Under the pieces are notes generated by a model that worked only from the letters and a program-made list of their open reading frames with translations, made no database searches and was not told the DNA's origin. From assembly GCA_965368975.1 (NCBI GenBank), contig CBDUPA010000016.1:64001-128000 (forward strand): a stretch of 64,000 nucleotides of DNA, read 5' to 3'. The position numbers were made by a program, and so were the translations under genes. The stretch's first letter is position 1, and every line of letters begins with the position of its first letter. Source of the DNA: an uncultured bacterium. GTDB lineage: Bacteria; Acidobacteriota; Thermoanaerobaculia; Multivoradales; JAHZIX01. Below, in pieces: positions 50,288-59,089 of this stretch.

Positions 50288-53200
50288 TTAAAGCGTTAGG
50301 TGAAGGGTGGCGGTGGGTGGGAGGTGTTCGATGCTCTTGACCTTTGAACGGCCCAGAATTAGAACAATATTGGTAAGGCTATCGGGTAGTCCTTCCAAGT
50401 GAGAGACCGGAGCTGAGCCGAGGTTCAGCGTAAGCTGGTCAAGGTTTTCGGGAAGGCCGGTGAGGCTCTTCACAGGTGAGGAGCCGACTTCGATGGTCAA
50501 TTCTCGCAGTGTGGCCGGAAGCGGCCCTAGCCGGTTGACTTGAGAATTGCTGATGTCGAGTTGAAGCTTCTTGAGTGTAGCGGGTAGGCTACCTAGGTTT
50601 CTGACAGCCGAAGACTCAAGAGTAAGTTCGAGCTCTTGTAGTCCACTTGGTAGTCCTGCAAGACTATGAACACGTGACCTTCCTAGGTTGATGCTAAGTT
50701 CTTGCAGTGTTTCCGGCAATCCATCTAGATGAGTCATGTTCCAAGGAACTTCGCTGAGCCTTAGAGTCCGCAGCCTCCTTGGCAAAGCCCTGAGCGTCCA
50801 TGGAAAGTACGTCTTCGCTGTTAGGTTAAGAATCTGGAGGTGTTCTGGCAATCCCTCCAAGCTTCTTATTTTTGATCTGGTTATGTCCAGTGCAAGATGT
50901 TGAAGGTTTCTCGGAAGAAGAGTAATGCTGTTTACATGAGATCCCTGAAGGTCAAGCGTAAGTTGCTGCAAGCTTTCGGGAAGTCCTGCAATATCTTGAA
51001 CCTCAGAGGTTCCGATCTTGAGTTCCAACTGAATGAGCCCCTGGGGGAGCCCCCGAATGTCGTCAACCTTCGAGGAGTCGAGATCTAGAGTCAAATGGCG
51101 AAGGCTGGCAGGTAGTTCAACTAAGCTTTGAATCAGGGAGTCCGAGAGATCGAGGGAGAGAACCTGGAGACCTTGAGGCAGTTGGCCCAGACCAGCAATC
51201 TTAGTTCCACTTAGGTCGAGATCTAGCCTCCTGAGATTCTGAGGTATTCCGCTCAGGTTTTGAAGACTTGATCGTGAAGCAGAAAGCCTTAGTTCTTTAA
51301 GATTATCTGGCAGACCTCTCAAGCTCGCTACAAGAGAATCTCCAAGGTCGAGATCAAGATAGGTGAGGTTTGAAGGCAGTTGCTCGATGTTGTTAATTCT
51401 AGAGAGGCCGATATAAAGAGATAATTTGTCAAGATTTTTTGGGAATGTAGGTAGTTTTGTCTGTTCCGAGTGGCTTAGGTCTAGGTGAAGTTGCTGAAGA
51501 CTATCTGGCAGGGTTCCTAGGTCGAGTGGCACCGTCCTCGGTGCGGCAACCATCAACGCTCGAAGGTGTTTCGGTAGGCTTCCAAGGTCGCTAACCTTGG
51601 AATAGCGAAGATCAAGGGCCAGGTTTTCAATGTTCGGAGGCAGTCTATCTAAGGGGCCATCGAGATCAGCAATTGTGAGTTTCAAGGTTTGCAGACTGCT
51701 GGGAAGCTTGTTCAAGCTTCTTGCTTGGAGGGAATTCACTCGTAGAGTTAGTTCTTGTAGGCTGTTCGGTAGACCAGCCAAGTCCTGTACCTGAGAAGCT
51801 TGAATGTCTATCTCAAGCATCTTGAGGCCCTGCGGAAGCCCATAGAGATTCTTTACTTCGGAGTCAGAAAGATCGATTCTTAGGTGCTGTAGGCTCTCGG
51901 GCAGGCCGTTCAGGCTTGAGACGTTTCCGAAATCTAAGTGAATCTCGTGGAGAATCGAGGCTTGTGCAAGCCAAGCTAGATTACTTACCCGGGCTGACTC
52001 AAGGAACAGACTTTCAACTTGAGGAAGGGCTTCATACAGGCCAACTGGCAGGCCCCAGGAGGGTAGTTGCCTCTTGACGCTTTGGACCTGTTGGGCGTGG
52101 CGAAAGCCTAGGGCTACCATCAACCCTATGAATAGGATTGTCACACTTCCAATGGCTAGCAAACTTCTCCTTAACTGTGATGCCCGCAACAACCGCTCTT
52201 TCCCTTCCCGATTCTCCCCCCACCGCAGCCGAGGCAACTCCTGCTCTACCTGCCGTAGCTCTTTTCTCCGCAACAAGAACCGCCTCGCCTCACCCTCTCT
52301 CGACCAAGCCGCACACCGTCGCGCCAGCAGGCGGGACGCTTGTTCTGCTTCAGTCAAGACCGCCCCTGCCAGCCGCCGCACAGCTGGAATGAATCGCTCG
52401 TGCACGAGTCGCAGTCGATCCTGTGCAGTGCCGCAGCGTTCCAACACTCGAACTCCAGGCAAGGCCAGGTGATCGAGAGCGTGATCGAGCACTTCCGGAG
52501 TTTTGGGCCGAGCGATCCGGTGCAGCTCCTCTACGCTGGCCCCATCCGCTTTCCGCTGGTCTTCTTCGCCCTCTTCCTCAATCAGCACCAACAAGGCTCT
52601 GTAGACCGCTTCCCGTTCTGGCTCTGTGTACCGTTGCAGCTCGCCCTCCAGGTAACTGGTGAGCATGGCACTGTGGCCGCCGATGGAAACAAAGAAGCGC
52701 GGATCTTCGGCATGCTTGGGATTGTGGCCGAGTACTTGAAGTGCGATCGCGAGATCGACGGGCGAGACCTTGTCGCCTTCCGCGATGCTTCGGATGATTT
52801 GATCCCGCACGGTTTCTTGGACCGTCAAGTCCGCCTCGGCGGCCAGGGTGGAAAAGATCTCCTTGGCGCGGTCCCGGTTGAAGTGCTCGACGGGTAGCTC
52901 GCGGACGCGGTGACGGACGCTTTCGTCTAGGTGCTTCAGCGACCAAACGACCCAGGAATAGTGGTACTCCCGCCGCATCGCCAGAATCCACGTCACCCTG
53001 TACGGCGGGTCCGCTTCCAGATGCTTTTGCAGAAGCTCGAACACGTCCCGGTCCGCCCCGAGCTGCTCGGTCTGGTCTACCAGCAGCGCCCCTTTTTCCA
53101 GACCGTTCGGGTTCTTACCCAACTTCGACCGCACAGCCCGCCGGAACTTCTCGCCCGGATCAGTAGCAACAGCCTCCCAATAGGCCACTTCTTTCTCGTC

Positions 53201-53650
53201 CAGAAGGTTCTGCACACCGGCGCGCAGCAGGGACGTTTTGCCCACGCCGCTTTCGCCCATGACGATCACAAGCGGCACCTGGTCGTCCTGGATCCAGTCC
53301 TTGAGTTTCTGGAGTTCTTCCTGCCGGCCCAGCTTCTTGAAGATCTCGCCGTCCTGCGGCGTGAACGCCGAGGCGCCGCGCAGGATCGGGCCTTGGATCT
53401 CGTCAGCCGTCTCAAGGGGAGGAGAGACCAGTCGCCAGAGTTTGACGAAGGCGATGCTGACAAGGAGCCCCGCGACAGCCAGCAGAGCAGGAGCTAGCCA
53501 GGTCTGGATGACGGAATCTTTGAAAGCATCCGCGTTGAACAGCCAAAGAGCGGCAGCAAGAGGAAGGGAAGCGAGCAGGCACAGCCTGGCTTCTGGGCGT
53601 CCCCACTTGAGATGACGGATGAGTTGGCGAAGCTTGGTCAACAATTTCAT
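50288..53650 (-). CDS. Membrane-anchored STAND (nSTAND1-like) NTPase with ~25 C-terminal 22-aa leucine-rich repeats
   Basis: Two N-terminal TMs, GRQEE, GESGVGKTSLLRAG, LLVDQTEQL, MRREY, LVHE, a third TM, then LxGLPxxLxxLxLDLSxSxVxx repeats. Confidence 0.85.
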   Translation of the reverse strand: MKLLTKLRQLIRHLKWGRPEARLCLLASLPLAAALWLFNADAFKDSVIQTWLAPALLAVAGLLVSIAFVKLWRLVSPPLETADEIQGPILRGASAFTPQDGEIFKKLGRQEELQKLKDWIQDDQVPLVIVMGESGVGKTSLLRAGVQNLLDEKEVAYWEAVATDPGEKFRRAVRSKLGKNPNGLEKGALLVDQTEQLGADRDVFELLQKHLEADPPYRVTWILAMRREYHYSWVVWSLKHLDESVRHRVRELPVEHFNRDRAKEIFSTLAAEADLTVQETVRDQIIRSIAEGDKVSPVDLAIALQVLGHNPKHAEDPRFFVSIGGHSAMLTSYLEGELQRYTEPEREAVYRALLVLIEEEGEEDQRKADGASVEELHRIARPKTPEVLDHALDHLALPGVRVLERCGTAQDRLRLVHERFIPAVRRLAGAVLTEAEQASRLLARRCAAWSREGEARRFLLRRKELRQVEQELPRLRWGENREGKERLLRASQLRRSLLAIGSVTILFIGLMVALGFRHAQQVQSVKRQLPSWGLPVGLYEALPQVESLFLESARVSNLAWLAQASILHEIHLDFGNVSSLNGLPESLQHLRIDLSDSEVKNLYGLPQGLKMLEIDIQASQVQDLAGLPNSLQELTLRVNSLQARSLNKLPSSLQTLKLTIADLDGPLDRLPPNIENLALDLRYSKVSDLGSLPKHLRALMVAAPRTVPLDLGTLPDSLQQLHLDLSHSEQTKLPTFPKNLDKLSLYIGLSRINNIEQLPSNLTYLDLDLGDSLVASLRGLPDNLKELRLSASRSSLQNLSGIPQNLRRLDLDLSGTKIAGLGQLPQGLQVLSLDLSDSLIQSLVELPASLRHLTLDLDSSKVDDIRGLPQGLIQLELKIGTSEVQDIAGLPESLQQLTLDLQGSHVNSITLLPRNLQHLALDITRSKIRSLEGLPEHLQILNLTAKTYFPWTLRALPRRLRTLRLSEVPWNMTHLDGLPETLQELSINLGRSRVHSLAGLPSGLQELELTLESSAVRNLGSLPATLKKLQLDISNSQVNRLGPLPATLRELTIEVGSSPVKSLTGLPENLDQLTLNLGSAPVSHLEGLPDSLTNIVLILGRSKVKSIEHLPPTATLHLTL

Positions 53651-53811
53651 GATGGCCTGGTTTGATTAACAGACTTCGTAGTGGTGGCTTTCCGAGATTG
53701 TATCGGATACACGGACACCAACCCTGCCGGTAACAATCCCTCTCCACCCGGCGTAGTCCTCCTAGAAGCCACCCACCACGCCTCCCACGAGGCCGCTTCC
53801 CGGAGGACACC

Positions 53812-56289
53812 ATGAGCTCATTCCTCAAAGAAATCCGCATCGCCGCCCGTTCCTTGACGCGCCGGCCGCTGTTGACCATCGTTGCTGTTCTGTCGCTCGG
53901 ACTCGGCATCGGTGCCAACAGTGCCATCTTCAGCATGGTCAACGGCATCTTGCTGCGCCCCTTACCTGGACTCGACGCTCCGTCCGAGCTGGCGCGCGTC
54001 TACGTGACGAACCGGGACGTGGTCTATGCGTCCAGCGTTTCGTACCTGGACTTCGAGGACTACCAGCGCATGCAGGGCGGCGTGTTCGACGCCATGGCGG
54101 CGTACACGCCGGCGGTGTTCAGCCTGCGCCATGGGGACGGAGTCGCGGCGCGGGGCGGTGAGGTGGTGTGGGGCTCGCTGGTCAGCGGGGGGTACTTCTC
54201 GACGCTTGGCGTCAAGCCGGCGTTCGGGCGTTTCTTCGACGCGGCCGAGGTGGCGAGCGAAGGGACGGCACCGGTGGCGGTGATCAGCTATGAGCTGTGG
54301 CGTGAGCGCTTCGGCGAGGATCCCGGAATCGTCGGGCAGACGGTGCAATTGAACTCGCTGCCGTTCACCGTCGTCGGCATCGCGCCGCGCAAGTTCATCG
54401 GTACCGAGGTGCTGTTCCAGAACCAGATCTGGGTGCCGCTGACCATGGCGATGCAGGTGGCACCGGAGCAGGCGGCGGCGATGGATCTGCGCGGCGTGCG
54501 CTTCTTGCGCGTGACCGGGCGCCTAGCTGAGGCAACGACGCTGGCACAGGCGCAAGCGCGCATGGAAACGGTGGGGCAGCAGCTGGAGGCCGAGTATCCG
54601 GAGGATAACAAGAAGACGCAGGTGGTGGTGATTCCGGAGTCGGAAGCGCGGCTGGAGGTGGGGCTCGACGGGCCGCTCAAGTTCGCTTCGACGATGCTGC
54701 TGGCGCTGGTGGGCCTGGTGCTGCTGATCGCGTGCGCCAACGTGGCCAATCTTCTGCTGGCGCGCGCCGCGGGGCGGCGTCGGGAGATCGGCGTGCGGCT
54801 GGCACTGGGGGCCAAGCGCTGGCAACTGGTGCGCCAGCTGCTCACCGAGAGCTGGTTGCTGGCCCTGGCTGGTGGCGTGGTGGGTCTGTTGATCGCCTTC
54901 TGGACGTCTCACTTGCTGAGCGTCTGGGAGCTGCCGACCAACCTGCCGCTCGACCTCGACGTGCCGCTCGACCTGCGCGTCACTTTCTTTACCTTGATCG
55001 CCGCGGTGCTCGCCGGCCTGATCTTCGGCCTGGTGCCAGCGCTGCAGGCGTCCCGGCCGCAGCTGGTGCCGGCGCTCAAGGACGGCGGTTCCGGTCGCGG
55101 CGCCACCGGGGGCCGACGGAAGCTGTCGATGGGGCACCTGCTGGTTGGCGTCCAAGTGGCGTTCTCGCTCGTGCTGCTGGTCAGCTCGGTGCTCTTCTTA
55201 CAGAGCCTGCGCAACGCCCAGGCGGCGGATATCGGGCTCAACGCCGAGAACCTGCTGGCCGTCACTTTCGACACCAGCCTGAGCGGTTTGGAGGAAGATG
55301 CCGGCCGGCAGTTCCAGCGCCAGGTGCGCGAGCGCGCCGAGGCGCTGCCGGGGGTCGAGGCGGTGACGCTGGCGATGCCGCTGCCGATGGACTGGATGGC
55401 GCGCATGATCAGCGTGACGCCGGCCGAGGCGGCGGACGACGACTCGGAGGTCGACGTCTTCTACAGTGCCGTCGAGCCGGGCTACTTCGAGACCGTCGGC
55501 ACGCGCTTGCTGCAGGGGCGCGCGTTCGACGAGCGCGACGACGAGGCGGCGCCGCAGGTAGTGATCGTCAACGCGGCGCTGGCTGATCGGCTGTGGCCGG
55601 GTGAGGATGCTCTGGGCCAGCAGCTGCGCAGTGGTTTCGGATCGACTTCGATGGAAGTCGTGGGTGTCGCGCAGACCGGCAAGGTGCGGCTGGTGTCCGA
55701 ACCGGCGACACCCTTCCTCTATGTTCCGCTACGCCAGCAGTTCAGCAGCCAGGTGACGCTCGCCCTGCGCACCAGCGGCCCGCCGGCACGCCTGGACCCC
55801 GCCGTCCGTGCCGAGCTGGCGGCGCTCGATCCAGATCTGGCGATCTATGACGTGCGCCCGTTCGACGAGGTCGTCTCCGGTCGCGCGCTGACGCCGATCC
55901 GCCTGGTGGCGTTGCTCGCCGGTGCCTTCGGTCTCCTCGGCTTGATCCTGGCGGCCGCCGGTCTGTACGCGGTGATGGCCTACGCCGTGGCGAGCAAGAC
56001 ACGTGAGATCGGGCTGCGCATCGCGCTCGGTGCCAGCACGGCGTCGGTGCTGTGGCGGGTGCTCGGCCAGGGGCTCAAGCTGACCGGCTTCGGCCTCGCC
56101 TTCGGTGTCGGCCTCGCCTGGCTACTCGGCCGTGGCCTCGGCTCGCTGCTGGTCGGTCTCGAAGGCGCGAGTCCACTAGTCCTGGTCGGCGTCGCCGTTG
56201 CACTGCTGGTGGTTTCGGTGCTGGCCAGCCTGCTGCCGGCACGCCGGGCTGCCCGCGTCGACCCGATGGTGGCTCTCCGAGACGAATAA
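53812..56289 (+). CDS. ADOP-family duplicated MacB/FtsX-type ABC permease
   Basis: LGLGIGANSAIFS, LLIACANVANLLLARA...REIGVRLALGA, REIGLRIALGA, PARRAARVDPMVALRDE. Confidence 0.92.
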   Translation: MSSFLKEIRIAARSLTRRPLLTIVAVLSLGLGIGANSAIFSMVNGILLRPLPGLDAPSELARVYVTNRDVVYASSVSYLDFEDYQRMQGGVFDAMAAYTPAVFSLRHGDGVAARGGEVVWGSLVSGGYFSTLGVKPAFGRFFDAAEVASEGTAPVAVISYELWRERFGEDPGIVGQTVQLNSLPFTVVGIAPRKFIGTEVLFQNQIWVPLTMAMQVAPEQAAAMDLRGVRFLRVTGRLAEATTLAQAQARMETVGQQLEAEYPEDNKKTQVVVIPESEARLEVGLDGPLKFASTMLLALVGLVLLIACANVANLLLARAAGRRREIGVRLALGAKRWQLVRQLLTESWLLALAGGVVGLLIAFWTSHLLSVWELPTNLPLDLDVPLDLRVTFFTLIAAVLAGLIFGLVPALQASRPQLVPALKDGGSGRGATGGRRKLSMGHLLVGVQVAFSLVLLVSSVLFLQSLRNAQAADIGLNAENLLAVTFDTSLSGLEEDAGRQFQRQVRERAEALPGVEAVTLAMPLPMDWMARMISVTPAEAADDDSEVDVFYSAVEPGYFETVGTRLLQGRAFDERDDEAAPQVVIVNAALADRLWPGEDALGQQLRSGFGSTSMEVVGVAQTGKVRLVSEPATPFLYVPLRQQFSSQVTLALRTSGPPARLDPAVRAELAALDPDLAIYDVRPFDEVVSGRALTPIRLVALLAGAFGLLGLILAAAGLYAVMAYAVASKTREIGLRIALGASTASVLWRVLGQGLKLTGFGLAFGVGLAWLLGRGLGSLLVGLEGASPLVLVGVAVALLVVSVLASLLPARRAARVDPMVALRDE

Positions 56290-56307
56290 TGGCGGGACGG
56301 CTAGGGG

Positions 56308-59046
56308 TTACTTGCCGACCAGGCGGGTGGCGGCGGCCCGCACGTCCATGGCACCGAGCTTGAGTGTCGTGGCGCGCTCGAGGACGCGGCGGTAGAAGAG
56401 CGTTTTGAACTGGTGGATCGGCGCGAAGGCGCTGTCCACCGCGTGCGTGGCGTCGGTGATGATCGCCAGGTTACGGTCGAAGAAGATCTCGATGCTGTCG
56501 AGCATCTTGCGGCCCACCTTGCCCTTGGCCAGGAAGAAGGGCTTGGTGCCCGCCTTTCCGCCGACGCCGTGGCCCCAGGACCACTCGCGCCAGCGCCTGC
56601 GCACCTCGGGGTTGGGGTGGCGATCGAGCCGGCGAGCGGCGGCCTTGAGGGCTTTGTCGCTCTGTACGAAGTGGTAGGTCTCCTGGTCGAGGATCGACTT
56701 GTCGCGCACGGTGCCCGGCTTGCGTTTCTCGATCGCCTCCAGCGTCGTCTTGAGCGCTCTGCGTTCGAGCACCAGGATGCTGGGGTCGGGAGCGCCGCGC
56801 GCCGCCTCGCGCTCCTTGTGCGTGCGCCGCACCTCTTCCAGCGTGACCTCTTCGAGCAGCGTGCCGTGCGGGTCGCGCTTGAAGGTCTCTTGGATGTTGT
56901 CGGCGGTGCGGCCCTTGAAGCGCTTGGGGTACTTGCTCTGGAGGTGCAGGATGCCCTCGGGCGTCAGCGTGCCGTCGTTGTTCATCAGGCGGAAGGTCAG
57001 CTTGCAGGTGCTGCACGATAGGCGCATGCGCGCGCCGCCCTTGAGCAAGCGCGCCAGGCCGAGCGTGGCGGCGCTCATGGCGACATCGATCACGATCTTG
57101 CGCAGCGGTACGGCGGCGCGCTGCAGGTGCTGCTGGGAGCGCTGGCTCAGCTCGCCCTTGTCGTTGCGCACCACGCGGCTGAGTTCCTTGCCGGCCTCGA
57201 CCATGTGGCCAATGGCGGAGGCCGAGCCCTGGATCGACAGCAGGTAGCCGGCCGCTTCGAGCAGGCCGCGCAGAATGCCGCCGACGGCCAGCGCCAGCGG
57301 GTGTTTCATGCGCAGCAGCAGCCACGACATGCCGTGGCCGGCGAGGAAGCCGATGAACATCGGCAGCGAGTCCTCGAACACCTGGATCGCTTCTTTGCTC
57401 AGACCCTTCTGCACTTCTTTGTTGACCAGCTCGACGTTGTCGAAGTACACCTCGGCGGCCTGGACCACCAGCAGGTTGGGATCGACGATGGTCTGGCGCA
57501 GCTTGGAGAAGACGAAGCGCAGGCCCGGATCGTCGACGCGCAGGCCGAAGTCCTTGGCCAGCTCGGAGGGGGCGGTGGCCATGAAGCCGTCGTCGCGGTA
57601 GCCGATACCGGTCAGGCCCTCTAGTGGCTGGCCGAGGGCGTCGTAGTAGAGCAGGCCGCTCGACCGGTGGACGATGCCCAGCATCTTCTCGCCCTCGAAG
57701 CGGCCGACGCCGATGGCCAGCCGGTTGAGCACGGCATTCGGATTGCCGCGCAGGTACTGCTGGCCGAGCGTTTCCACCAGCGGTGCCAGCTGCGCCAGGC
57801 TATTGCCGCCGGCGGCGCGGAACTCGGCCACGGTCTGGGTGTAGAGGTTGGTCAGGGCACGGCGCACGGGACTGTTGCCAATGATGCGCTCGACTTCGGC
57901 GAACTCCAGTCCATCGCTGACGGCACGGTTGTCCTGGGCGCTGATCGGCCGTTGCAACAGGTGCTCGAGCAGGCTCAGGTAGTCCTGCGCGACCGCGGGT
58001 TCCTCGAGCAGCTTCCAGTCGCCACGCACGGGCATCGCGCGCTCGCCCATCTGCTGGTCGGTCGCTTCCAGGATGCGCTTGCGACTGGTTGTCTCTCGGG
58101 CGCCAGCGGACAGCTTGCTCTGCGATAGGCCGAGTTCCTGGCGCAGGAAGGTGGCGAGTTCGTAGAGCAACATGAAGCTTGGGTCGTCCAGGCTCTCGAT
58201 GTAGACGGCCACCTCGGCATCGTTGTCGAAGTGCTGGTCGCCGGCGACCCAGCCGCGGTGCTTGGCGACCATGGCGTCTGCGAGCTTGGCGGCGCGTTCG
58301 GGGGAGGCGCCGAGCGTGCGGGCGTACTGGATGTAGCTCTCGCGGAAGGAGCCGTGCCAGGGGATGTCGAGCGGCGTCGGCTCGTCGTCTTTCTCTTCGG
58401 CGCGCTGGATCACGAGCCCCGGAGCGGAGGCCTGTTGCAGCGCGTGGACGACTTCGTGGCCGAGCAAGCTCTGTCCCTGCCAGCTCTCAGGCTGGTAGGC
58501 GCCACGGCTAAAGGCGATGTGCGGCCCGACGGTGAAGGCACGCGCTCGCAGCCGCTGGGCGGCGGCTTCGGCGCTGGCGTCGGCGTGGATGCGGATGTGG
58601 GTCAGCGGTCGGCCGAGGCGGGTCTCGAACTGCCCGCGCACCGGATCGGGCAGCGCCTGGCCACTACCGGGGGTCCACGGGCGTCGGGTCTGGATTTCGT
58701 CGCGCGCCGCCGGAGCGGGAGAGCGATGGGCGGCGCGCGAAGCGAGCGTCGGGGCGAGCGGCTCGACCGTTGTACGAGAGTCGGGCGTGCGCGAACCAGC
58801 CAGCGTAGTTGCCAGCCGGCGCGCTTGCCGCTCGTGGTGCCCGTCCGGCGGCAGGATCGTCAGGCGGTGGAGGTCGATGGGCGGCGGTGGTGGCGTCGCA
58901 CCGCCCGCGCGCGGCTCGGCGACCGCGCGTGGGGTCGCTGTCGCTCGATCCTGCTGCTGGACCTGCTCCTGGTGCTGGACCGTGTGTCGCCTGGTTGTTG
59001 CTTGCTCCGGCGCCGGGGCCTTGGCCGTCGTGCGTTGTCGTCCCAT
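56308..59046 (-). CDS. DUF4157 (eCIS core) protein with an uncharacterised C-terminal putative effector domain
   Basis: GSGQALPDPVRGQFETRLG...IRIHAD...ARAFTVGPHIAF...LLGHEVVHALQQ, followed by a hydrophobic helical region, CSTC and a basic C-terminal domain. Confidence 0.8.
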   Translation of the reverse strand: MGRQRTTAKAPAPEQATTRRHTVQHQEQVQQQDRATATPRAVAEPRAGGATPPPPPIDLHRLTILPPDGHHERQARRLATTLAGSRTPDSRTTVEPLAPTLASRAAHRSPAPAARDEIQTRRPWTPGSGQALPDPVRGQFETRLGRPLTHIRIHADASAEAAAQRLRARAFTVGPHIAFSRGAYQPESWQGQSLLGHEVVHALQQASAPGLVIQRAEEKDDEPTPLDIPWHGSFRESYIQYARTLGASPERAAKLADAMVAKHRGWVAGDQHFDNDAEVAVYIESLDDPSFMLLYELATFLRQELGLSQSKLSAGARETTSRKRILEATDQQMGERAMPVRGDWKLLEEPAVAQDYLSLLEHLLQRPISAQDNRAVSDGLEFAEVERIIGNSPVRRALTNLYTQTVAEFRAAGGNSLAQLAPLVETLGQQYLRGNPNAVLNRLAIGVGRFEGEKMLGIVHRSSGLLYYDALGQPLEGLTGIGYRDDGFMATAPSELAKDFGLRVDDPGLRFVFSKLRQTIVDPNLLVVQAAEVYFDNVELVNKEVQKGLSKEAIQVFEDSLPMFIGFLAGHGMSWLLLRMKHPLALAVGGILRGLLEAAGYLLSIQGSASAIGHMVEAGKELSRVVRNDKGELSQRSQQHLQRAAVPLRKIVIDVAMSAATLGLARLLKGGARMRLSCSTCKLTFRLMNNDGTLTPEGILHLQSKYPKRFKGRTADNIQETFKRDPHGTLLEEVTLEEVRRTHKEREAARGAPDPSILVLERRALKTTLEAIEKRKPGTVRDKSILDQETYHFVQSDKALKAAARRLDRHPNPEVRRRWREWSWGHGVGGKAGTKPFFLAKGKVGRKMLDSIEIFFDRNLAIITDATHAVDSAFAPIHQFKTLFYRRVLERATTLKLGAMDVRAAATRLVGK

Positions 59047-59089
59047 GTCGTGTCGCTGGTCGTGTCGCTTTCAGAAGGGGGACGTCAGC

